Source of the DNA: Botryllus schlosseri
Taxonomy: Eukaryota
Length of the DNA stretch: 64,000 bases
Direction of reading: 5' to 3'
Assembly (NCBI GenBank): GCA_051294905.1
Contig: CM119383.1
Location: 6,262,001 to 6,326,000, forward strand
The notes beneath the pieces are model-generated. The model saw nothing but the letters and a program-made list of their open reading frames with translations. It was not told the DNA's origin and made no database searches. Numbering within the stretch: position 1 is the first letter of the stretch; each line of letters opens with the position of its first letter. A program made the translations under genes and the position numbers. Of this stretch, positions 40,401-51,000 are shown piece after piece.

Positions 40401-43150
40401 TTTCCCCGGCATAGCCATGAGCAGCTGGATTGAGCGAACCCTAAATTCAAATATCCGAGCTGTTGGGAGTTGGGCCCTGTTGCGTTGCACACCGCCACCA
40501 TTGATTGTAACAACAGTGTGCAGACATATTCATTCGGTTTCAGATCTGACGGTACTTTCGTATGTAAATTTGATGGGAGCGAAAACGGGTCGACGGGGAA
40601 GTTGGTGGAGCCGCGCTACGTGACGTGCGATTCAAAAGATAACATCATCGTATCCGACGCTGGAAACTGTAGCGTCAAAAAGTTCAATAAAAAGGTAAGT
40701 ACAGAGGTGGTCAAAGCAACACTAATCATGCAAATTTGCACTGAATTATAAGTGAAAGTATCGATTTCATTTTCTAGATAAGCATACTTTTAGTACAAGT
40801 AGATAGCGGTTTCAAAGTACTCAAGTAAGTAGTTTGAAAAAGTAGATGTAGTCGAGAGTGCTTTTAGTGCTGAATCATTGGCATTGAAGTATCAATGATC
40901 GCGACCGATCCAAAATCACTGACGGCAATGAGATAAGAGAACCTTTCGAAAAATGATTCGGCTCTCAGGAAACAGGAGCTATTTCACTCGGTTTTCATGG
41001 CAATTTCAATTGAGAGAGCGATGAAAACCTATCCCAAAATTATTTTCTATACTTTAGGGGTTTGGCTTTGCTTCAAAATCTGTAAAGTGAAAGTGGTCTC
41101 AAGGCATAACCAGTCGACTAAGTATCGAAAGTAGGCCAAGCCTACTAGAGTAATCCAAAAAGTAGAAGTACCTTGTTGCTGACCATATCTGGGTAAGAAG
41201 GACAGAAAATGGTGCACGACGGCGCTGTGTGCACACCGGGTATTCTCAAAATCGATTACTCTCGTAATTACCTGGTCGTTCCTTAAAATTGAACAAAAAC
41301 AGTACTAATGCCGTCGCTGTCATTTTATCAGGGGGAACTCCTTCGAATGTTCGGCGAAGAAGGCTCAATGGAGGGGCAGTTTCAAGGGCCGCGCGGCATA
41401 TGCACCGACGAGTATGACAATATCATTGTCGCCGATTGCTGGAGTCATAGAGTAGACGCGTTCACGCCGGAAGGCAACTTTATGCGCCATCTTATATCAG
41501 GTAGATGAGTAATGATGAATAATTGCCAATTTCAATAATGGTATGGTCATTCATAGCCGGTTAACACCGTGTTCTTTAATTTAAGGCGCCGATGGTCTCC
41601 ACTTTCCGTGGTCGGTAGCTATGACATCATCCGGGAGAATGATGCTTTCCGAAGATTACAGTTGGGTCGTGAAGATATTCTCGTTGCCAGGTATGTACAT
41701 TAACCCACGGTTTTAAAATACGAAAATTAGCGCGTGTCATGGCAAACTGTTTTCACAAAATACTTGATATGATGTTGTCATTATCAGAATATCGAGGGGA
41801 CACCCCACCTCCGGATACCGACAGCGACGTTACGTCTCCGGTTACGCTGATTCGAGGGTTGGAATTGATGCACGGGCAATTCGACATGGCGAACATTAAC
41901 AAACTTTCAAGATGGCTGAAGTCATCCACGAACGAGGCCGCCAACGACCACATATGTAAGTGGGAGTATACTTCATCGGGCACTGCTATCGATGACTATA
42001 TTCGTAAGGATATGTGACTATTCTGTGAGCATGTTCTCTTCCCTATCGACGCGATGGTGAACCGTGAGTCAAAATTACGACAGTCTCTTAGCCGCCAGCC
42101 AGCTTTTTATGCCCGACCCAAACTATAGTGGTACAGGTATCAAACCGGTGCCCATTGTCCGATATGATTGAAATATATAGGCCACCGTTACTCATCTAGG
42201 GATGAAATTACGCCGATAGAAGTGATATAAAAATACGTACATGCCACGTGATCTGCAAAAGCGGTGTCTTAGAAAAGTCTAGAAGTGGACCGTGCTATAT
42301 AAGTCGGTAAATACGGAATCATAATACAGAATATCGGCCTGGTGTAAAACGACCAATGCAGTCGAAACACCATGATTATCATAGACAACATATACTTGTA
42401 TAATGTTTGCGATATATATGACGGTCTTCAAACAGAACTGATTACAGATTGCTAACCCATCGTAGGTTTGTAATCTATAGAACTGATTGGACACGACTTT
42501 ACTCAACCCATAAATATGAAATAGATCTCATACTGATAGCAGGATAATGTCGTCGAACCCATCCTAATCTAGGCACATTATAACACCACGGCCCCATTCT
42601 ATTAAAAAGTATAGACCTGGCGAAATCCAGTACGCCGATTCAACCCAAATTTATGTGCAACCGTTGTTGTTTATGGTAGTCATGGTGTTTGTCGACCACT
42701 ATGGCCATTTACACCAGGCCAAGTTTCTTAACAATGTACATTGTACAACCGTGATAGCCAAACTATAGGTTAGCCAATAACGTTTGATTAACTCTCTAGC
42801 GTTGGTTTTGTAAATATATTTAGTTTTTATCGTGAGGCGCTGTCATAAGTCAGAAATTGATTGCGTTAATTCTGATATTATTCGATAATCATATTCCTTC
42901 TTTCTCTTTCGAAGGGAGAAGTTTACGGATCCCGAACAATCCTACCTACCAGGATCGCGAGAAACCGATCAAGCCCGCTTCCAGAAGCAAATCCTTCACC
43001 AACGACTCCTATTCCCGCGAACATTTCTCCCTTCAACGGCCATCAAGGCAAACTCGCGCAAGCGCCAATGACTCTTCCGCGCCATTTCAACTGTCTCCCG
43101 ATCCCTTCGTGTTGGACGATGGTAATAACGGGATATCTTTAGATGAATGA
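22434..43150 (+). CDS. TRIM-NHL family E3 ubiquitin ligase (RING, B-box1, B-box2, coiled coil, 6 NHL, C-terminal tail), 845 aa
   Basis: Coding exons 22434-22498, 27149-27668, 30621-30755, 33419-33577, 34530-34658, 36204-36425, 37345-37452, 37918-38070, 38502-38719, 40544-40694, 41332-41500, 41586-41690, 41788-41955, 42915-43150 total 2538 nt, all phase-compatible. C3HC4 RING (CQIC..CQHTFCKKC..CPTC), two B-boxes, NHL motifs such as GQFQGPRGICTDEYDNIIVAD. The first exon and the exon 3 donor are the least certain parts. Confidence 0.92.
23894..24572. mobile_element. hAT-type MITE (CAGTGGTG ends), older copy in TRIM intron 1
   Basis: First 190 bp and right end (CAATCGTAGGGCCACCACT) closely match 45611-45955. 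No TSD match. Confidence 0.7.
28388..28570. repeat. Short interspersed element with central telomere-like (GGTTAG-type) repeats
   Basis: Degenerate GTTAGG run flanked by unique arms. Similar elements at 51987-52217 and about 58293-58552 (inverted). Confidence 0.55.
32400..32670 (+). pseudogene. Decayed non-LTR retrotransposon reverse-transcriptase fragment
   Basis: Translates TNTIFII and TYVAFINFK (32490-32516), resembling the LINE RT motif IF..RQ..EK...YxAFIDFxKAFD. Frames are broken. Confidence 0.35.
36686..37104. mobile_element. MITE with inverted arrays of a 16-bp repeat (CATTACCGAGAATGGA)
   Basis: Repeat array on + at 36705-36815 and inverted at 36950-37092; ends TACGGT / ACCGTA (possible TA target). 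Confidence 0.75.
39039..40217 (-). mobile_element. tRNA-derived SINE interrupted in its head by a MITE
   Basis: Reverse complement of the 9312 family at 39039-39265; the head resumes after the insertion (TCTCACC, 40211-40217). Confidence 0.75.
39266..40202. mobile_element. hAT-type MITE with GACTT/GACTCGAGTC subterminal repeats
   Basis: TIR CAGTGTTGGGAT / ATCCCAACACTG, exact 8-bp TSD CTAAGCTA (39258-39265 and 40203-40210). Confidence 0.9.
40702..41191. mobile_element. hAT-type MITE (CAGAGGTGGTCA family) next to a TRIM splice donor
   Basis: TIR CAGAGGTGGTCA / TGACCATATCTG, TSD GGTAAGTA (40694-40701) / GGTAAGAA (41192-41199). Confidence 0.75.
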
Positions 43151-45610
43151 AGCGCTCTTCGCGTATGGAAGCGTCTTTTGGTGGTGACGCCTAATTCCTG
43201 ATTTAACTGAATGAATGTTGAGAACATCCAGTCCCGTCCATCGTGAGGGTATTCGCCTCCACTAAGTTTGGGAAGAGGATTCTGGAGTTATGCAAACCAC
43301 CCTATATAGTTATCATAATCATGGTATAACCGAGGAGTTAAACCTGGTCCAGCCGGACATGGTCAGATATTCTTTCAATATAAAGATGTCATCGTGAAAA
43401 TTCTTTCTTTACCTGTTGTTTTATATTTTTAACCATGAAATAAGTTCCACTATACTTCTATCTTGTTATTTCTTCTGGGCTAATGCCCCAACACTGCTTC
43501 TGTGCATTTCTTATTTTGCAAACTATCTTCGTACGCAAAGCATTCGGTCGGTATAGTGTGGCGTCATAGTATGAAAGAGCCTTTCTATGTTTTACCTTGT
43601 CGTTGATGCACATTGCACATGCACAGTACAATTTCTTGCTCAATATATATTTTCTATTTTAGCCGAAGTAACTGATGGGCAATGAACTGAATGACGCCAG
43701 AAATGTTATATTAGAAGTATTATTTGTTACCTTTTCATGATAACATTCGCCAAATATATACTGCCTCGCAATAACGATAATATACGTTTGTGTTTAAACT
43801 ATAATGGGTTTTGCACAGGTATATTTCACAACTTCGATTAACTAAATTTGTACTGTTGTTCATGTTCAGTTCATAGGCAATAGGAAGTCACGCATTATGA
43901 AGGAATGCCACGTAGAAATGTGCAGATCATGTTTTTCGGGGATCTTGATTAGTCCAATTCTGATATCATTTCCACCTCTAAATTCAAGATTCTAATCCGC
44001 TGATACTCTGCTTACCTTCAAATCAATGAGTGGAGTTTCGACACCCTGATACGCCTTTGCAAGATACCGAAGTTTGTTATCAAATACTACAGACAAGTGA
44101 TTCCTCGCGGAAGTAATATGAAGAAAGCTAAAAAAATTGAGTTTCATAAATTAGAAATTCGACATTCTGATCCAGGAATTTCGAAAAATATGCAAACCTG
44201 TGTCAAAACATGTTGCCGGGCTTCGCAGCAGCTGGCACGAAGACCGTGGCTTCGCATGCAATGCATCGGCTCTGCGGTCTCTGATTATTTACAACCCGAC
44301 TTGCAATTGCAACTATTATGGTATCAAGGGTGTTGTACACTTTCGACAGTATACGACGGGAGTCCGGGAATTCTACACATTAATCAATACGTTCGCGAGT
44401 TTTACAGTTTCGGAACAACATACAGGTTGCTATCATCGGACACGCATGGTTTAGTTTAACTAGAATGGTGCAATGTCCCGTCTCACAGGAGTCATGTTGC
44501 CCACCGTGTTTTTTTCTGTGAATAGTTCGTCAAATTACGTGTATCAAATAAAACAACAGCAGTGACGTGCGGTGAGGTTCATGGCTGCGGTAAGGCACTA
44601 CCCCCCAAGCCCCGCACACACACATACACACACACTGGTAAATATACACAAATATATGAATAACAACAGCGAGAGAACGTGGTTAGGCGGGAACGGTTTC
44701 TCTGCACCATGTTAGCCGTTGCATTTTTACAATACATATTTAAATATTAACCTTTAGTGAAATTACAGACTAGAAATTAGTAATTACTAATTAGTAGGGC
44801 AAGTTTTTGCAACTTTTGCAACTTTTTTTTAAAGCTTCCAGCAGCTTCCTAAATGCTCGGAAGATATGTAGAATGCTGTTTGAAGGAATCTTATGGTGCA
44901 ACTTTTTGTAACTTTTGTTCATTATCTTTCATGCAATATTTTGCAACTTTTTCGATTTTTCATGAAAGTATTTTCGATTTTGGTGAAATTCACGGCCAAA
45001 TACAACTAAATCAGCACTGAAGTAACGCTCTTACGGGTATTTCAGGAGCTGAGCCGGAAAGTTGACCTTTTCTTTTTTTAGTCAATCAGGAGTGGAACTG
45101 GGAAGGTGACCTTTTTTTAGTGAACTGAGCAAAATGTGATGTTTTAGTACTACTTTTGTGAAAAATAAATGCAACTTGCCACGAATTTAATTTGCCCTAG
45201 TAACTAGTACAGATTGCGCAACGAAAAAAAACGAAAGAAATAACGAAAAGTTATTTCATTTAAGGCTCGTTCAATTCTCTTTTTTACGAGATTGATATCT
45301 ACACTGTATCATCAAAACCGAATATGTCATTGACTAACATCAAACTTAAATGGTTGAAAACATCATTCAGACTGTGGAAAATCAAGCTTAGATTGATGAA
45401 CGCGAATGCAGATTTCCTTGGAATGAGGTTCGCAAATATATCAAACCTACAAGGCTAGCTCATTGAGTTGGCGACCTGTTTGTTATAACATTAGCAACCT
45501 TCACACGCAGGCTATCTAGGATGCGCCTCGCCATCTGATCCGCGTAAGGGGTGCAATACAAAAGTCTAGAAGTGAACTGCATGTGATACCGGTCGGTTAA
45601 TTAATATGGA

Positions 45611-45955
45611 CAGTGGTGACTTTTGGGGTGGGCGAGGTGGGCGGTCGCCCGGGCCCCCTGGTCGAAGGGCCCCCCTCTTTGGTGTAAGCGCTTTTTCAAG
45701 GGCTGTAGCGAATATACGTGGAAATCCTTGTACCAATCAAGAAGATGATTCCGTTCAGATGTGTCAATCATGAAATCTCCGCATTTGTTATTAAAGTCCC
45801 ATATCACGACAATCATGAAGTCTCTGCATGCCTGTTAAGTTGGTAGGCGAAAGGGGGGTCTGGGGGGCGTAGCACCCTTGAAACTGCGATTGCATACTTA
45901 TAGGGGGCCCCCCGGAAGTCTCACCCAGGGCCCCCCAATCGTAGGGCCACCACTG
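45611..45955. mobile_element. hAT-type MITE (CAGTGGTG ends)
   Basis: TIR CAGTGGTG / CACCACTG, exact 8-bp TSD AATATGGA. Confidence 0.9.
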
Positions 45956-46659
45956 AATATGGAATCATAATGTTAGATATTGGCCCGTGTAATCGACCGT
46001 TGCAGTCGAAAAACATCATAAATGCCACAAACAATAACAACGCAGGCTATGTAAGTAGCTATCAAGCCCACATACTACAATTTAAGGAAGGCGCATGGAG
46101 GGAAAATGAATTACAGCTACATCAGCAAGGTAATGTATCTGCTCCGCAATACGACTTGGCCGTCGCGACTCCACGATTCATACAGCATTGAAAGCGATAG
46201 TGCGTTTCACTGTGCTGCGATTATCCAATTGTTAGAGAATAATGAGAGGCAGATTCGATAGTACCTCACTTGGCTATATCACCTGCTAAAGTAGAATTTC
46301 ACATTCCTTGGCGAATTTGAGGGGGTTATGGTGCTCTGACATTGTAAATATTCGGATTTTCGGAATCAGCGCGTCAATAGTATTAGATGGATGCCAGTTA
46401 ATATAAATTCTGAGCTGTTTATGATGAATTGCATTGTCGCAGGTGAGGCACGGCCAGCCCGCGTGCCTCACCTGTGCCACACCTATCCTTTCGCGCTGTA
46501 ATTTTGAACAATAAATATGAAAAAGCATCTGAAGGAGGGCGCGAAGCTGCGGTCAACTGAAAGTTTTTTTCCACGCTCCACGGGATTTACCTCCATTTCA
46601 ATATTATTCATTGCTCTGTGTATAGTCCGAATTTTATATTTGAGATTATCTCATCAACA

Positions 46660-47306
46660 GGGGTCTTCAAAAATGACATTTTTTTGTCTCAGATTGTACT
46701 GGGTACTTGATAAAATTGTTAGGTTACCTGATTTCAGTCTACACACCAAATTTGGTTCAATTCCAGCCAGTAGCCGCATTGCTACAGGAGAACAAATTTT
46801 CTATTCATTATATAAAAATCTATTAACAAAAATTGCAAAATTTTCTGTACACCCCGTGAGAGTGTTAGGTTGTCTGTAGAACAGATGTTCATAAAATTTG
46901 GCTCAATCCCAACCAGTGGAAGGGAAGTTATTGTCGTGGAAAAATTTGGATTTGAACAAAATAGTATTTACGGTGGGCACACCTACAATAAATAATTAAA
47001 GAATTGGTCACCGTAAATACTATTTTATTGATAATCGAATAACTCCGCTTTCACTGGTTGGAAATGAACCAAATTTTGCGAACATGGTTTCAATAGACAG
47101 CCAACATTTTAATGGGGTGGACGGAAAATTTTGAAATTTTTATTCATTTATTTTTATATACTAAATAGAAACTTTGTTCTCCTGTAGCAATGCGGCTACT
47201 TACTGGAATTGAACCAAATATGGTGTGTAGGCTTAAATGAGGTAGCCTAACAATTTTATTAAGTAGTCAGTACAATTTGAGAAAAAACGTCATTTTTGAA
47301 GACCCC
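46660..47306. mobile_element. Long-TIR palindromic element nested in a hAT MITE
   Basis: GGGGTCTTCAAAAATGAC... and ...GTCATTTTTGAAGACCCC with arms of roughly 300 bp. The flanks rejoin into the 11068-11376 family sequence. Confidence 0.85.
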
Positions 47307-48036
47307 TAATCAACATTCATAACCAATAACCATCAATGCCATCAAACTATCCGTTGGGATTGCTATCATTCTGGTTGTATTTTGTGATATGACGATAAGG
47401 GAGCCTCGAAATTCTTAACCATCATACAGGGGGGCGAGTCTATAAAAGTTTGATAACCACTGCTCTACACATTGTTATTCAACATTCTATCTTTGAAAAT
47501 ATCTCATTTGTTGTTTAGTTAGCAGTAGGTCGATGTGGACTATATTGACAGTTTGATTCGTCGTAGCGCATTTTGAATAAATGTTACCGCAAGTGGGCGA
47601 CACTATATCGTGGTGCAGTACAGAATACGTTGAAAATACCGGACTTTTGTCAAGTTTGATATGTCATGCGAAGGAGCTCATCTATTCACGTTATTTTACT
47701 TAATGAGACTCAACAACAGTCGCAAATTCCAAACGTCGTTCAAATTGCTTCAATGGCCGCTCGGGAGTGCAATGTCTTCAGCTGTCTACATTCATCAGTA
47801 CGGGGCATGGTATCACAGGCATATCCGCCGGATTCCATTTGAAAGAAACGGGATCGGAGCCGGACTCAGGAATTTACCGATCCGTCCGCACTAACAATCT
47901 AACATCCATTTCCCTATCATCCGGTACCGACCCATTGCAGAATACAATATAGCAGTATATATATACCCACCGAATTCACCGGTAAATGCGAATAGAAATT
48001 ATATTGGTAGCAGCGAATGAGTATTGAGTAGCTCAC

Positions 48037-51000
48037 GCTATATGTTGTGCCTTTCCTCTGCGATAGAGGACAGAACTATATACGAGGAAACATCCAACTT
48101 TGATGTGCAAGTACGAATAATAATAAAAATAATTTCGTGCGATATGCATCTGTTGCAAGTCAGTTGTTGACAGAGACCCTAAACTTACATCGGACCTCAC
48201 CGTATCGATCGATGCCGCCACGTACACGTAATTTGCCTCCGTTATAGGATGATCCTTTAATTCGTGAATGGGAAAACTCCATTTAACCGACGTCGATTCA
48301 CGGCGTAAAAACAGTTGCTTGTGTTCCGCAAAGTCAAGACATGTCATGTCCATACCATAAAGCTTCACTATTCAACTCAACCTAATAAATATTCATTCAA
48401 ATATGAAATCCGGTAGCTTCCATAATACAGTAATGACCCCAGAGCGTAAGTCGAATACAACGGACACATGCTCAAATTGCGTAAGTATATTGTACGCTCT
48501 GTGCTGCATTAACGCAGTTAGTGGATCGGACAGTTGCAGAATGCGGCGCAATCGCGTCACCTGATGACTCGGAATTTCGGTGACTATTCACGTTTCACAA
48601 TCAAGGAATGTTTGCTAAGGCGCAGGGTAATCCACTTCACCGTACTTCTTTAACTATACGAAAGTTATTCATGTAAAGTAAATCAAATAGCTTGTCCGGG
48701 TACGGTACAGTGCCGTGATTTCGCGAATCTTTTACACTTGTTAGTAATCCAACCCGTTGTCCAGACATACCTTAATAGACGAAACGCTTTGCAATTGATT
48801 ATAAAAGTTTGGAGACCGACAAAAGTCTTAGGGAGTATAAAGGCAGGATGGTGTAAATGAGTTAAAAACCTAGACCGAGCATATTTGTTGGTGTCAAGTA
48901 AATTATGGTGCTCACTGTTTGCATTGCACTGTAATTGCAGGATTGCGGGATAATTTTCAATTTCTTTCGTTCATACACAACACATCAGAATAGAACGTAG
49001 CTGTGTATCGGGGATAGCATGCTGCTTGGTTCAGTCTTGTTAGGGTACAGCGTTTTCGGTGCTCCATGTAGGTTTGGAGCCTATACTTCAAATTGCAGTA
49101 TACGATTTTTTCAGTTATGCGAGCTCGTTGCTGTCAGGAATTTGATGACGATTAGCATTGAAGTTTAATAAAACTGGCATTGGGAGGTGAGGGTAACTTT
49201 TAATTGGACTAAGCGACTGAAACAATTTATATTCAAACTTGCTCTAACGTCACTTTGTTGATCGTTCGATTCCTACTATTTTCGGGGTTTTTAACAGCGT
49301 TCTAAAACGTCACCATTCTCACCATTCTTCTTGATGACTGGTTAAGGTAGCTATATCATGGTTATTCAATTGTCACAATGCACTGTAGCGTTCAGAATTT
49401 TACCTTGGCCTGCCAACATAATATGTTACCGCTATTGAGGCGGTATGTTGCTTTCATATCAATCGTCGCCGTCGTAATGTTTTGAATACACCGAACGTTT
49501 CGTGATAAATTGGGTTACGCGCGAAGAATTCATTTTAGCGTTGCGTCGGCGTGACGCAGTTGTATTTTGCGGAGCCATTGCATATAGTGTAAGTTTGAAG
49601 TAATATGGTTTTCATTTCGGGGAATCAGTCAGTTCAGCGTGTTTTCTAGGTTATACGTCGCTGTAACGTCAGTGACTGCGTAACTCGATATGAAACATAT
49701 GACCGAATATAATAATTATACATAGCAAAATGGTAAGTATTTAAACTGAAATTGACGAAAATAATCTGTAAAAAATATATGAAATATGGTAACATATATA
49801 CCTGTATAAAAAGTTCGCATACGAATTACCAAGCATCAAATCGAAGCCACAACGGAAAGATCCCGCGCCTATGATGGCGTTTATGACGTTTATAATCTTA
49901 AGCAATTGATGGTCCGGCAGGTGACAACGTATTCTTTGGATTTCGCTCTGGATATCTGCAAGCTGCGGCGTGAGATATATATGTAGAAACTATAAATATT
50001 ATAACTTAATGCTATGTGACGATATATATTAAGAATTGACATAATAACCGGCCATTGAAAGACAAACGGCGAATTGCTTAAGCGTGAGGATATACGAGAT
50101 TTAGCCAGGCACATTCACTATCCCTTATCCGTATATTTATGGGATGTTATGTCACGGTCCTGAATTTTTTAGCATCTCTGTGTAACTCAGCATATGAGGT
50201 TAGACGACTTGATAAAGGTAATTGCGTCGTTCATGCCATTTCCGGTGAATCCCGCCGGGGTCACTAATAATTGAAGCCAAATAAAAGTCAAAGTTGAAAC
50301 CATAGTGTCGTGTCGACACAAGCAAATCTCACACCTCAATGAAATTGTATCACGTCACAATTTCCATTTGGCTACAGGCGATTTGACGGTCATTTTTGAC
50401 CGGCTTGCCGAGCATTAAATTTGGTAAAACGGGTATCAATCGAAAGCTGACTCTGCACTGATGACGAAAATATAAATTTTATTCCGCTCGTGGCCCTGGA
50501 ACTCCCACAATCAGCCTCGAATTTTTCATTGTTATGGAGATTGGCATTGAGACGCAACAATGCTGTCTGGCGAAACGAGAGATTGGCATTGTTGCGTCCC
50601 AGTGCCAATCTCCATAACAATGAATAATTCGAGGCTGTTGCGTCCCAATGCCAATCTCCATAACAATGAAAAATTCGAGGCTGATTGTGGGAGTTCCAGG
50701 GCCACGAGCGGAATAAAATTTATATTTTCGTCATCAGTGCAGAGTCAGCTTTCGATTGATACCCATTTTTCCAAATTTAATGCTCGGCAAGCTGGTCAAA
50801 AATGATTGTCAAATTGCCTGTAGCCAAATGGAAATTGTGACGTGATACAATTTCACTGAGCCGTGAGATTTGCTTGTGTCGACACCATATAGGACACTAT
50901 GTTGAAACCATTCTTAGTATGCTGCCTATCAATCAATTAAACAATAGACACGACCACAAACGTATGTGTAGAAAATAGGCGATCTGTGAAATATGAATTG

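Noticed and set aside
50390-50805. Mirror-image ORFs on both strands
   Set aside because: Artefact of the palindromic element.
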